A stretch of DNA of 62,129 nt from positions 1 through 62,129 of the forward strand of contig NW_021831827.1 of the NCBI RefSeq assembly GCF_006345805.1, written 5' to 3'. Positions 37,561 to 51,382 of the stretch are shown here, piece after piece. The notes beneath the pieces were generated by a model. It was not told the DNA's origin and did no database searches. It worked only from the letters and a program-made list of their open reading frames with translations. The DNA comes from Octopus sinensis. Lineage: Eukaryota. Position 1 is the first letter of the stretch. Every line of letters begins with the position of its first letter. Made by a program: the position numbers and the translations under genes.

Positions 37561-38793
37561 CCGTAGGAAACTGGTCGGAGGGGCTGCTTAACTTGCTTGC
37601 GGTTTGGTTTGGACTGGATCTCAAGGCGAAGAAGAACTGAGACGAGGTGACGAGCAGAGTGACCAATCCCACCTAGAATTGGTCGCAAAGAAAGCTATTT
37701 CTGCATGATCGGGCGGAGGTGGCGAATGCTTATATAACATCCACCATATAATGCCACCTGGCTGTTATGCTTTGCATCGGTTTACATTTGCTGCCAACAC
37801 TCGCCGAATAGATGAAGGACTGGTTATGCTGTGGCTGTTGATGCGCGGTCATAAGCTGAGGCTAAGATATCTCCAGCGCTTCCTTGGTAGTGAGCAGGTG
37901 TGGTCGCCGTTTGTCAGACTTGCTGTAACACTACTCATCACTTTGACTTAACCGCATTCCTGGATCAAGCATAGATCTACTCAAAGGCCTGGCAACTAGA
38001 GTGGTTTAGGTACAAGGCAAATTTTATCGACCTCGGAGAGATTAAAGACAAAGTTGACCTACGTGTGATTTGAACACAGAACGTAAACATTTCTGAAGAA
38101 ATACTCATCGACATTTTTTTTTGCGTGATATTGTAGCAAATTTGTCATCAGGTCGCATTTCTGCAGGACATAAATGAAAGTAAATAGACAGTGTAAACCA
38201 CAGAGGTTCATCACTTTTTTTCCCTTAATCCTTAAGTTAGCTCTATGGCTTGAGATTTCTGGCAATGTCAAACCATAGTCACATACAACGGCATCGTTCC
38301 TAATGTTCGTACTTAAGGTTTATTAGTATTATATTTTTGAAGCTGGTGCATCAGTGAGTTATTTGAGACTGTTCTACATCGATTCCAACTTGCTGGAGAT
38401 AATTGGTCCTGTGCATGGAGCAGAAATTTATCCAGTTCATACTTATCTCAAGAGTCATTGCAAAATACAAAAGTTGCTGATTAATTGCGGCAAATAATTA
38501 AGTAAAATGCGGCACCCAGCCACAATACTATTCCATTATAGCGTCTTTGTACTGATAAAAAAAGTAATTTGTTTGTTTTGCTTTGATTTAAGACAGTTAA
38601 TCTACAATCGGGATGAATTTGGAGTTGTGTGGTTCATGCAAAGTAAGCAATAAGGAATCACCAGAGCAGCGATCAGACTCTACGGCAACTTACCCCTAAG
38701 ACTACACTCACATGTACAAGAGAGGAGGAGGAGAGAGAGAGAGAGAGAAGGGCAGACAGACCGAGAAAGGGACGCACATAAGTTATAACTTAC

Positions 38794-39024
38794 CTGCGAT
38801 AATGTCTTTGATTATATAGACGGCAGTGCCTATTAAAACACATGAAAGAGCAGCGCCAAATATGAATGTTAAGAAAATGGTGACATTGGTTTGGGTTTTC
38901 GACGGAGCAAACAGACAGACCAACATATACGCTAAAACTGTAGCACAAACTAAGATTGAAGGCACCATAAAAGTTATTCCGAACAGCACGTCAAATCCAG
39001 CAACAATTATTATTAGGGTGGAAC
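38794..39024 (-). CDS. CHS: Chitin synthase exon f (transmembrane helices of C domain)
   Basis: Acceptor tctttgcag and donor GCAG/gtaagt. 231 nt, phase 1 to 1. Hydrophobic translation GSTLIIIVAGFDVLFG... Confidence 0.9.
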
Positions 39025-39133
39025 CTGCAAAGAACAAAGAAAAACAAATTTAAAATATTTTGTATCTTGGGAGAGGCATTATGTCAATAATAAATACATT
39101 GCTTTATTTTCTTATTTGTCAATTGGTTAAATA

Positions 39134-39870
39134 TTCGGTTAACCGGAAAGTTCGTGCCGATTTTTAAAGGAAAGAAAAAGGTCAATAAATACGTGCCATT
39201 ACATTTTTAATCAACCAAATATGAACCATTTTGTTGCACAATGCGTCTCCATCTTTCCTTTAACTTGAACATACCCTCTTCCCAGAATCGAGGTGGTTTC
39301 ATGGCAAAGAATACATCAAGGTATCTTTTTACGTCATCCAAGGAATTGAAATTTTACCATTAAGACTATTCTGCAGAAACTTGAATAAGTGGAAATCCGA
39401 AGGTGCAATATCTGGTGAATATGGAGGGTGGGGTAACACATCCCAGCCGAGCTGCAGCAATTTTTGTCTGGTTCCCAAAGAACCTGCGGTCTTGCATTAT
39501 CATGTTGGAAAACAACACCCTTCCTGTTAAATAATTCTAGACGTTTCTCTTGAATCGCTGCTTTTAACTCGTCCAGTTGTGTGCAGTATTTCTCAGAATT
39601 AATTGTCTGGTTACTTGGTAGAAGCTCATAGTACAGAATTCCTCTCCAATCCCACCAGACACAGCGCAAGACATTTTTACGGTGAAGACCCGCTTTTGGG
39701 GTGGCTAAGAGTGGCTCATGTCTCTTACTCCAGGATCGCTTTCTTTGAACATTTCGGTAGATAATCCATTTCTCATCACCTATCACAATTAAAGAAGGCG
39801 CGTTTTCATTCCGTTTATAAAGCGAATCACAGATGGAAATGCGATCCAACTCATGTGGTACCTAAACATC
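39134..39870 (-). mobile_element. Decayed, 5'-truncated mariner (mellifera/cecropia-like)
   Basis: GDEKWIIY, VWWDWRGILYYELL, QHDNARP. One TIR-like end, ta-ttcggttaaccggaaagttcg, at 39132. Confidence 0.8.
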
Positions 39871-39884
39871 GTAGCGGTTTGTAT

Positions 39885-41640
39885 ACCCAAGCTTTACCAG
39901 GTGCTCATGAACGACGGATTTTGATTCAGCCTGCTCGAATCAAAAATATATAACCTCCAACAATGCATGAAGACTATCATCAATAACCAAAGAACAGCTG
40001 AGGAGAAATGGGCTGTTGAGAAAATCAGCCCCAAAGTGTTCTCTTTTGCAAAAACACACAAGGTCACTGTCTCTACTATTGATCCTCTAATTAATGAAAA
40101 TAGCAATCTCCAAGATAACGCCAAAACCATGAGTAAGATACTGCAGAAACAGTACTGCTTTGTATTTGGCAATCCTGATATGGCCGATCTGGACAGTATA
40201 AGTAATGTTAATCAACACACTATATCAGACATAACGTTTCGCGCCCCTGATGTCTTAGCGACAATAAACGAAATTAAACACAATTCAGCAGTATCCTGCT
40301 TGTATCCTGAAGGTGTGTCCTCACCAACTTGCAGTGGAGGAACTCATTAGATGCTGGTTATATTCCTCAAAACTTTATGTCCCAGTTTTCAAAAAGAGAA
40401 ACAAGTCCCTTGCAATGAACTACCGGCCAATCTCGCTCACCTTTCATATCATCAAGGAATTTTAGAGGGTGGTGAGGTCACAGATAAGCCACTTCCTTGA
40501 AAGCAACAGACTGCTGAACCCAAACCAACATGGGTTCCGTAACGCAACTTCTGCATCACTTTGATGACATTTTGAGAGTTTGGGGAGAAGGTTCGAATAC
40601 TGGCGTCATCTGCCTTGATTTAAGCAAGGTCTTTGACATGGTGGATCATAAGATCCTCCTGAAAGAACTATCCAACATTGATGTCTCTGAAAAGTTACTA
40701 CAATGGATCAAGTGTTGCCTGACAGGCAGAACCCAACACGTTGTAGTTGAAGGAGTAAAATCAAGCCCAGCCAAAGTCAGAAGTGGTTTTCCACAAGGCA
40801 CTGTGTTGGACCCCATTTCTTTTCATCATCTACATCAATGACATTACTGACATCATCAAGCACAGTAACATAAGAATCTTTGCAGATGACTCCAAGATCC
40901 AGAAGGTCATCAATGAAGTGGGTGACCGATCATGCCTTCAGTTCCACTGGCCGTCATCCAATGGGCGGAAAAGAATAATATGCTGCTGAACGAAGACAAA
41001 TTTCAATTAATCCACTTCAGAAAAGAGGATACCCTGAAATTCCCATACTCCCTTCCTTCAGGTGAAACTCTCATGGCATCCAACAACATCAGAAACTTAG
41101 GAATAATTGTGGACAATAACATAATCTGGGCCGCTCATATAAACAACGAAGTTAACATGGCCCGCAGAATGTGCTCCTGGATCCTCAGAACTTTCGAGTC
41201 AAGAGATATCCACACCATTATCTTTCTCTTCTCTACTTTTGCCCGGGCCCACTTTGAATACTGTTGTACACAGTGGTTTTCTCGCACGAAGCAAAGCATC
41301 ATGAAAATTGGAGCAACTGAAAGGTCAAATAAAAAAAAAGGTAGCAGGCATGACAAGTCTTGACTATTGGGGTCGACTAGGAAAACTCAAGCTTTATTCT
41401 ATCCAACGCCGCCGTGAGCGCTACATCATCTGCATGATTGGGAAAATAATTCATCAGTATTGCCCAAATGATGTTGGCATCGCCTTTAAGATACACCCAA
41501 GACTTGGACCCCGTGCTCTCCGCCCACAACATAAATCATACACGCATCATATAACAACAATATGGCACAATTATTTCACCTCAATTGGCCCCGCTCTCTT
41601 TTAACATTACAGCAAAATTCATTAAAGCAAAAAGGAATCT
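39885..41640 (+). mobile_element. CR1/L2-superfamily LINE, RT region and 3' end, decayed
   Basis: LDLSKVFDMVDH, SGFPQGTVL, IYINDI, FADDSKI, RNLGII, LKLYSIQRRRERY, with multiple frameshifts. Confidence 0.85.
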
Positions 41641-42156
41641 AATACTCTTAGCTTAGCTTTTCCATGAGGCTGGCCAGATTGGAGCAATCTCAAGATTAAT
41701 CAGCCGAAATTGCGAGGATGATCCGGTTCTTGACTGAAGATTAAAGGCTTCGAATGACCAGTCCATGTTTTTTGTATCGTCTATCTGGGTGTTTTGCGTT
41801 CTTGTCCATTTGTATTATTTTATATACATATATAGCGGCGTACGTATACTTTGTTCTCGTATATATATATATATATAAATATATATGTGTGTGTGTCTGT
41901 GTGTGTGTGTGTGTGTATGCGCATATGTGTGTGTATCTGTGTGTCTATTTTTGTGCACGCACCTCTTGACAACCAATACTAGCTTGTTTTCGATCCCATA
42001 GACTAGTCGTTAGGCAAAAAACACGCGGATAGAATAAGCAGGAGATTTTTAAAAAAATATGTACTGGTATCAGTTTTTTCAACTAAAACCCTTCGATGTG
42101 ATGGCCCTGCATGGCCACAACACAAAGACTGAAGCAATAAAAGAAGATATATTTAC

Positions 42157-42417
42157 CTGGAGAAACCATAACCGTAAAGAACATCTGAATAATGTACACG
42201 ATGTACATGGCCGTAAAGCGGGCATTGTATCTCACCAGTCGAGGAAGATGCTTTACTACTAGGAATGTATTGGCCAAATCCGATAACATCCAGCGTCGTC
42301 GTTGTTTCAAGAACTCCCCCAATTTATATGGACAGTAAGTCGTGTTCGAGGCGAACGTACAAAATTTTAATTTCCAGCCTCTAATCATCATAAGAGTACA
42401 CATCCATCGATCCTCGC
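42157..42417 (-). CDS. CHS: Chitin synthase exon e (GEDRWMCTLM...EFLKQRRRWMLSDLAN)
   Basis: Acceptor tttttaag and donor CCAG/gtaaat. 261 nt. Contains the EDR catalytic base and the QRRRW signature. Confidence 0.97.
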
Positions 42418-42729
42418 CTTAAAAAGTAAAATGACATAAAGTACAAAAACATGAAAAAGAAAAATAAACAGATTTCGAGAAAACTATTAGCCTTTGTTTG
42501 TCCTGTGTATGGCATGTGATGCAGGACACCTCTCCCTGGCGCCCATTCATCATATATGATACACATTCCCATTTATTTAACCGGCAGAGTAACTTGAGAC
42601 TTATGAGGAGAAACTCAGAACGGATGAAATGAGGGTTTCAGACTGAAAGCCAGAAAATAAGTGAGGAAGTTTAGAACAAACGTATCTAAATGCAAGAGGT
42701 TCACTGATAAGGGACAGTTTGATGGAATG

Positions 42730-42777
<48 letters not shown>

Positions 42778-42985
42778 GTGAGTGTGTGAGTGAGTGAGTG
42801 AGTTAGGGAGGGAGGGAGGGAGTGAGGGAGGGAGGGAGGGAGTGAGGGAGGGAGTGAGTAAGGGAGGGAAGGAGTAGGTGAGTGGGTGAGTGAGTGAGTG
42901 AGTGAGTGAGGAGTGAGTGAGTGAGTGAGTGAGTGAGTGGGTGAGTGAGTGAGTCAGTCAGTCAGTAACCCAAAGAGAAAGAGGG

Positions 42986-43081
<96 letters not shown>

Positions 43082-43085
43082 GGAG
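42730..43085. repeat. Compound polypurine-rich microsatellite (GA)n-(GAGT)n-(GAGG)n-(GATA)n
   Basis: Directly visible. Confidence 0.95.
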
Positions 43086-44291
43086 GGAGGGACAGACGGA
43101 TGGATAGATGAGTAGTTGTATAAACAAATGGATGGATGGTTGGATGGGTGGATGGGTAGTTGTATAACAAACAGATAGATGGATGGAAAGAAATGCCCAC
43201 AGAAAAAGAGATTTGTGGAGTGAGAGAGAGATATATGGTAAAAGAGAGAGAGTGAGAGAAAGAGAGAAAAGAATGAAGATGATAGACCGATCCTTGCTCG
43301 GTTTCCGTAAAAGAATTGGTGGTGCGGCCCCATCAGTTCAATCTACAAATATATGTTAGTGCCCTACTGACAATATCAACTTTGTCTGTAGACCAGCCCT
43401 TTCTTCCAATACCAGTTCATAATCCAAGAGATTATACCAAGAGACGGATGGCGCACAAAATCTCGTGGCCTAGCGGTTAGGGTATTGCACTTACCATCAC
43501 GAGGTCACAGTTTCGAGTTTCAGACCGGCTGTGAGTTGTATTCTTGAAGAAAAGCCTTCATTGCGCTCTGCTCCAGTTCTCGCAACTCTAAATGGGTAAC
43601 CTTGCAATGGGTTTGCGTATAAAGGGGAAATGGGGACTCAGGACGATTACCTGAACGGAGGTCTCGCGAGCCAAATTTTGTTCAAGTCGTACTAGGAATC
43701 CCAACTGGTTGGCATTGGTTATTCATTCACACCAGAGGACACACACAAAAGGAAGAGGGTTATGGTCTGTGAACTCTTTATGGATTCGTCGAGATGGGCG
43801 AGGTTGGTGTGGTTGCTACTTATTCTAAACATCTGGGGATCAAAATGTTTCAGAAAAAGTAATTGACGGAAGAAACAGGTGAAAAGGCTTCATTTAACAT
43901 TGTTAAAACGAATCCAGGAATCAAATGTTGGGTCTTTGATATCTTTGTTAAACTGTGCATTAGACCAACTGACTTTGAATACTGTATTGTCTAAATTACG
44001 TGAAGTGAAACGAATAAAATACTTTTTTTCCATTTCACTACGGATAATTCCCCCATGTATAAACTGTCATGGATCCTGGGTACGAAGCACGGCTACGAAT
44101 TTGGAGGAAGAGGTTTCTTGAACTAAATTTTATTAACCCCGGAAGCGAAGTTAACCTTGACTTTATTTGAACTCAGAACCATAAAAGCCAGAATTTACGC
44201 CATCTCACTGAGAGCGGAAATATATTAAATAATAAACGAGCGAACCAACTAATATACGCAGAATGAAATATCGAAATAATTGGCGCCGTAC

Positions 44292-44447
44292 CTGTGTCTT
44301 TGATAAGTACATCCATCGGTTCCATACTTTCTTGAGAATAATCGTCCAATAAATTATAGAGCGCAGTGATTCTATACAGACTGAAACATCCTGGGCAACA
44401 CATCACCGACCCAATAATATTCTGAGCAGTCTTTGTCATCCAGAAAT
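44292..44447 (-). CDS. CHS: Chitin synthase exon d (DFWMTKTAQNIIGSVMCCPGCFSLYR...VLIKDT)
   Basis: Acceptor tttttaaag and donor ACAG/gtacgg. 156 nt, phase 1 to 1. Contains the PGCFSL motif. Confidence 0.95.
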
Positions 44448-45149
44448 CTTTAAAAAAGGAACAAAATTTTTAAATACAAACGAAAAAAGACAGTAAATAT
44501 ACTGTGTATATGAAAAATATGTTAAATTTTCAAGATGTGAATGCTTATAGCCTGTTGCACTCACAGTCGCAAGATCATGGTTTCGATTTCAGGTGATGCG
44601 TTGTGTTCTGGGGCAAACACTTCATTTCGCGTTGCTCCAATTCACTCAGAAGTAAACGGAGAACACTGCCACGGACTGGTGTCCTGTTCATCGGAAATAT
44701 GAGATTGGTCACTTGTACGTCATAGAAACCGGGTAACCGGTGCCATTGGATCTTGGAGTGAACCAAGACTGGTCAATAGCTTTGTAAAGTCCGAGGCTCA
44801 ACCACACAGCACTAAGTCTGTATATAATGTTCGGTTAAAGATAAATCTAACACGCTGTAAATAGGTACAGTATGTGATGGTAACGGCAGTAAGTAACAAC
44901 AGTATTATAACTAACATATATTTTCTTAGCTTGCAGCGACCGAATACAGATTATGTTATGATAGATCACTTCCTGATGTGATACGTCTAGACATATCACG
45001 TGAGGATGACATCATGAAGTGATGATGTTACAACTCAGTGAGTCATGTCATTCTCTCTTTTTCTCTCTCTCGCTCTATCCCTCTATCTATCTACCCGAGA
45101 AATTATAAATTATCACAATTATCATAATTTCTCATACATTTGGCTTGTA

Positions 45150-46441
45150 CGAGGGGCGTTCAATAAGTAATGCCCCTAACCCACTTCCCATAGCAGTAGA
45201 GCAACGAAACTTGGCACAGTTATTAGTCTTTTTCTACATAGGAACCACCCAGAGTTACGCATTTCTCCCATTGTTTGATGCAGCTCTGGAGACCGTTTTT
45301 GTAGAAGACCCCAGCTTGGTTCTCCAACCTGAACGTGACTTCAGAAATCAAGGCTGCATCATCTGGGAAACGCTTTCTTTTCAAAAACAACTTCATGACT
45401 GGGAAGAGGGGAAAATCAGAGGGTGGAAAGTCAGGAAAGTAGGGGAATGGGGGAGGAGTTCATAGCCATACGCCTGTGCTTCTGATCTGGCGACAAGCGA
45501 GTTGTGGACCGGAGCGTTGTCCTGCAGGAGAAGGATGCCTTTGCTGATCTTGCCCCGCCTCTTGATTTTGATAACTTCTCTTAATTTCCTCAAAAGTGAA
45601 GCATAATAGGCTCCTGTAATTGTGGTACCCTTTGCCAGGAAATCTGTCATCACTACTCCGTCCTGGTCCCAGAAGACTGTGAGCATGACCTTGCCAGCGG
45701 AGGGCTGCACCCTTGCCTTCTTTGGAGGGGGTGAGTCACGGTGCTTCCACTGCATTGACTGGGCTTTGGTCTCTGGATCATCGTGATGGACCCAGGTTTC
45801 ATCCTGTGTAATCAGTCTTTTGAAAAATTTTGACTCATCTTCTTGGCACATCTCCAAATTCATCCTCGAGCACTCGACGCGTTCTTGCTTCTGGAAAGGC
45901 GTGAGCAACCTGGGAATCCATCTGGCAGACACCTTTTGCATATGCAAATGGTCATGAATGATAGTTTCCACAGACCCGGTACTAATCTTGACCTCATGGG
46001 CTATTTGGCGAATAATTATGCGTCGATCTTCCAACATGACAGCCTCAACTTGACGGACAGATGCCTCATCAACGGCAGAAGCGGGGCGACCAGATCTGGG
46101 AGCTGTTTCCACAGAGTTCCGACCATGTTTGAATTCCCGATACCAGCGTTTTACAAGGTCATATGATGGGGCATCATCACCATAAGTTACTTTCATTTCA
46201 TCAAAAGTCTCCCGTGGTGTGCGTCCTTTCAAATACAAAAACCGGATCACTGCTCGACACTCAACAGGCTCCATTTCACACTTGACTCAGTTCAAACACA
46301 TGTAAATCAGAAACCACAATTAGTTCAGAGCTGTAATTTATCACGTACTCTATAGAGATATAAAAAATTGCACATGCAAAATTTCAGCTAGATCAAACAA
46401 CTGCAAGTGGGTCAGGGGCATTACTTATTGAACGTCCCTCG
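45150..46441 (-). mobile_element. Full-length mariner DNA transposon (irritans-like), 1292 bp
   Basis: 37-bp TIRs with 2 mismatches. TA duplication at 45148-45149 and 46442-46443. Confidence 0.95.
45223..46274 (-). pseudogene. Mariner DD34D transposase with a single frameshift near 45440
   Basis: PRSGRP, WIPRLL, TQDETW, LQDNAP. After a 1-nt shift the frame continues PDF.PSDF.LFP...WEKCVTLGGSYVEKD-stop. Confidence 0.92.
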
Positions 46442-46949
46442 TATATCATAACCAGTAATACTTCTGAATACAGTAATAACCACACAACTGTACGGGAAGT
46501 AGAATGGATAATGAAACTTTAAACTCACCTATAACCGTCGTACATCTAAAAGTACAAGGTAAATTAACTATCTGTATATGTATATATTCTTTTTTCTTTC
46601 GTTTCTTTCTCTCTCGTCACTCTTCCCCCTCCTCATCCATCTTTCCCATTCTTTCTTTTCTGTCGCTTTTTATTTTTAATGAAGGACTTGCATTCGAAAC
46701 GTAAAAGATACTTTCCTTTCCTTTTAAGCTGTAAACTAATAACACTTTTGTTAAATGTTGTCCTTCTCATTTTCTCGTCTTTTGTTTTTGCTCATTGCAT
46801 AACTCACACAAACACGCGTGTTTGTGCGTGTGTGTCTGTGTGTGTATGTGGGTGCGTGTGAGAGAGTGTGTGGACCTTTGCGTATGTCTGAGTATGTGTA
46901 TATCTGTATGTCTGTGTGTCTGTGCGTCTTTGCGTGTGTATCTGTATGT

Positions 46950-47027
<78 letters not shown>

Positions 47028-47550
47028 AGTGTTCAAGCTATAATCCGTGTAGAATGGCTATAGGCTCGTTTTCGGCCGATTTCCAGACTACATATACATT
47101 TCATTCCTATTTATACTTGTATCTGCGACATTCTAAACAGAAAATCTGAATATAGATAAGCCGGGCATAATTCACCTAGATTTTACATAGAGAACATCTT
47201 CAGAGGTGTACTAACGATTCGGTAGAGTAAGAGAGATTGGTTACACTTTGATGTATCATCTATTTGATTTTTAATATTGGCAGTCATTGACTCAAGTACT
47301 TACATATATGATTGTCATTCAAGATTTAGTAAAACTAGAAAAACGTAAACTTTATTTATGCATCAATTGCTGTCGGATATATCGCGCTTGGCTAAAATTA
47401 ATTTACACAATCACACAAGGTGAATTTCAGAGGAAGCCTAACTAAACACATACACATCGACCTATCTCCCTACCTACCACCCTATTGAATACATATATAC
47501 ATATGTGTATATATTTTTTATATCGAAATAAGAATAAACGTCTCAAAACA

Positions 47551-47647
47551 CTGCTACACGCGTTTCAGTAACGTGGTTGTTTTTCAACAATGCGTAGCAT
47601 ATATTACGTAATTTCACATTGCGTAAGCACGCCATTTCATCGGGCAA
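47551..47647 (-). ncRNA. Degenerate hammerhead ribozyme motif (core CCGAUGA)
   Basis: Minus strand reads ttgc-CCGATGA-aatggcgtg...cacgttact-GAAAC-GCGT-GTA-gcag. Confidence 0.45.
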
Positions 47648-47774
47648 TATCCAGCCTTTTATCGTCAAGACCTATTCAAATTATGTCGCTTGATATTTAA
47701 TATAGTTTTTATTGATTGTTTATACAAAATACTAAGTGTTATGTAAACAACATTAGAGAAAAAGAAAAACCAAC

Positions 47775-48534
47775 CTTTGATATATTCAAACATTTGGAAC
47801 CATACAATTGGGCGATTCTTCTCGCCGATGGGATATGTGTGGCCACAAGCACCACCGACTCGGAGATCATTATTACAAGTGTTCAGTAAATCAACCACAG
47901 CGTCATCATTGAACTCCATGTCGGAATCCGTTGCTAGTATAAAGGTCCGGCTGTCGAATTCTTCATGGCTCGGAAGGAACGGTGACTTGATGTTCACTTT
48001 GATATCCTTAATTAAATTTCCACTGATTGTGTTAATAGGTCTTACTTCTATTTTCGAATTAATAGGAATACTGGCATCATTGCGACCCATATTAGTTATT
48101 GTACTCGGAGTGCATGAAGTTACAGAATCGCCAAGCCCATCCACGTATGCAGAGTTCACCGACGAATGGTTGCTCGCTGATAATCTACCGTTCATCTTGA
48201 GGACACCCAAGCCTTTTGGATGGAAATATATGCTAGAGGGTGAATGTAGGCTGCCACCCGTTTCTGAATCATCTGACCAGTCTGATGAATCATCTTCGCT
48301 GGAAACTGTCGAAGAATCGCTATATTGACTCAGTATCGAACGTGCGAGTAAAGATCTTACTGTAGGTCTTTTCATTAGATTGTTCAATGAATCTACACCA
48401 CAGAATTTCCTTTTATCGACATAATAACGGGCGTTGAATGGCGTCGATTCCATTTCGCAGCGCTTCAGTCTATTTTCAATCCAATTGTAAGCCTTTTTCA
48501 CCCGGAAACTCATTATGTAGTTCATATATAATAC
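47775..48534 (-). CDS. CHS: Chitin synthase exon c (VLYMNYIM, long insert, TFILATDSDMEF...GGACG...WFQMFEYIK)
   Basis: Acceptor tttaaag and donor AAAG/gttggt. 760 nt, phase 0 to 1. Contains the DxD and QxFEY motifs. Confidence 0.93.
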
Positions 48535-50939
48535 CTTTAAAGATCGAGAAGAAATTACAGATTATATATACACATATTCACACACATATTCACACACATA
48601 TTCACACACACATATACGCACACACATGTGTGTGTATTTGTATGTCCGAATATAAATAAAGAAAGAGAGAAAGGTAGAGAGAGAGGGATAGGTAGAGGGT
48701 GTGCGTGTCCGTATGTGGCAGTGATTGTGCGTGTGAGTGTGTGTATGTGTTTGTGTATGTGTGAACAATGATATTTCGTGATGGAATGGAGATTATTGTC
48801 AATGGAATTAGTTACTGCCACTTGCATCGTCATTGATTCTTTCTTAAAAAAAGACAAAAGAGTAAAGTCGCCTCCATGAGATCCGATGTCAGAATAAAGA
48901 ACAACTGAGACTATAAACAGTTTTTTCCTTTTCTTGTGCACACATTTATACAGAAAACCCAGAACACATCGATTAAATCCCTGTTTTCACAAGCCAGTAA
49001 TTATTAAGGAAGGAAACATAGCAATTACGTTGATCCCATTACTTGACTACTACCTCATAACATCGACCCCATCAGGAGGAATGGCGAAGTTAACTTACTT
49101 TGACGAAATTTGAACTCAGAACGTAATGAATCGGCAGAAACACCACTAAGCATTTTTACAGACGTTTTAACAATTCTGCCAGTTTTCCTCTTAAAAGGTT
49201 TCAAATTTTGGTGCAAAGCCACTAATATTTCGAAGGAAGGGGACATGTCAATTACATGTCAATCGACCCCAGATTGGTACTTATTTTATCGACCCCGAAA
49301 TGATAAAAGCAAAACTGACTTTCGTGGGATTTGAACTCAGGGCGTAAATCTATTTGCTAAAATGGCAGCAAAATTCGTTAAAAGCACATTAACGTGTTAT
49401 TTTAAGGACTTAGTGGATATTGAAGTCTTAGATATGTAAAAGACGGAGTGATTACAGGTGGAATGCTTTTGTTATAGGTTTGTTTAGACTGGGCTAGTGT
49501 TTCTGTAATTGCAACAAAAAAAAAGACAAATAAAACTGACTGAAATCGACCTGTTAAAATTAGCAGCGAATTCATATAGCCTGCTGTCTTCACGCTTTGC
49601 CTGCCCAAAGCAATTTCGTAAAATTATCTTTTGTTTCATACTTTTTGATAATATAAAATTTTCCTTTCACAAGTCTTAAGTTACCCTGGTTGTTGAAAAA
49701 TATTGAGAATGTGTATCATATATGATGCATGAATTGCAGGGAAACATGTCCTGTGTATCACAAGTGACATACAGGACATAGAGGTTAAAAAGGAAAAGAC
49801 ACACTGGAAAATGCGGTCCTGTAACAGATACACTGTCCAGAAATGGTGTAGTACTTCAAACGGACGAGAGGATAGAGAAGGAGAATTTTTATCTTTCTAT
49901 GAGACATTAACGGTTGAAGTGAAATTTAGCCAACCCGAAATTTAACTGCCTTTTTTCTCTAACAGAATCTTAATTCATAATATTCTGTCGCGAATTACGC
50001 ATTATTCTTTTTTAAAGAAATGAAGAAATGGTTAATATCGTTCTAGACTGACTCTTTGAAAATATAAGTTGAGTCAGTTACGGCTGGAATGCATTACGGA
50101 ATTTTATTGGTCGGGATTAATCTGGGATAAAGTAATAACAGCTAAATCTTTCTCAGACATACTACGATCTTAAAAAGAATAGTATCATTGCACATACACG
50201 CAATGTACAAGAAAAGCCAAATGTAGCCAAATCATGAAATCATAGCCTATTGGATTAAGACATTAGGTATGCTAGAAAGTCTATATCCATATATGAATAA
50301 AACAAGCTATGGTTGTCATGATTGGGACAACCTAGTTCATAGCTCTGTTCAGTCAGATCTTTCTTGGCTCTAAGTAATAACAAGGGTTTCCTGGATACAT
50401 TATGTATTTAAAAAATAGACAGGAGTTGACAAAGATTTGATCCTGTATTCAGATATTTCAGAGTTGGTAAACAGCTAACAACAACAACGAAGAAAAGCTT
50501 AAATTTTGGTAAGAATCACAAGACATATTCTTGAAACCGAGCCAACTAGCAGGAGTAGACCAAGAACAAGATGGTTAGATAATAGCCATAGTCTCTGTTA
50601 GTCATGCTAGGGAATCCATGTGGAAAGTGTAATGACGATGGCTTCTGGTAGGGACCATGTAGAGGAGGTGCCTGATGACTCTACCCACACAATTCAACAC
50701 TGAGTAGCAGGAAGAGAAAATGGTTGATGGATTAATTGGCATCAGCGACACAACAACATATCTAAAATATGAGATCCATACATTAGTTTTGTGATGCAAA
50801 AACAGGTCCGATTTTTGTAATGTAGTTTTTTTAGTGCAAATGACGTGAGGTTGGTTATAAGCTCAAGTGCCTTCCATCATAAACAGCAACAACAACAGCC
50901 CATGTTTTGAGACTCACTGTTATTGTTACCATAAAACTT

Positions 50940-51150
50940 AAGGCGGCGCGCTGGCAGAATCGTTAGCACGCTGAGCAAAATGTTTAGCGGCATTTCGTCT
51001 GTCTATACGTTCTTAGTTCAAAGTCCGCCGAGGTTGACTTTGCATTTCATCCTTTAGGGGTCAATAAAAAAGCAACAAGTTAAACACTAGAGTCCATGTG
51101 TTCGACTTCCCACTCTCACAAAATTTCAGGCTGTGCGTCTATCACAGAAA
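50940..51150 (+). mobile_element. tRNA-derived SINE, family 1, diverged (another composite copy at about 49060-49345 -)
   Basis: aggcggcgcgctggcagaatcgttagcacg...gagttcaaa..ccgccgagg. Confidence 0.75.
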
Positions 51151-51382
51151 GGATTGTTATCATAGGATTTACAGACGATATGGAGGATATGGAGTAAGTT
51201 AGCCATTCTGAATACACACATATACACATATAGATACACATGCACATGCATATATATAGATACACGCATGTATACATACAAATACATGCATACACATGCA
51301 CACACACATACACAATCACATATATATATATACACACACATACATGCACATACATACACACATATTTATGAATTAGACTTAC

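Noticed and set aside
47777-48328. 183-aa plus-strand ORF
   Set aside because: It is the antisense shadow of CHS exon c.
48555-48941. Minus-strand ORF just upstream of exon c as an extra CHS exon
   Set aside because: Exon b already joins exon c in frame through the conserved RWSQ/VLYM motif. There is no good donor and the ORF runs into a microsatellite.
50672-50678. CTGATGA core-like heptamer
   Set aside because: There is no stem II partner followed by GAAA; it lies in a decayed RTE-like tail.
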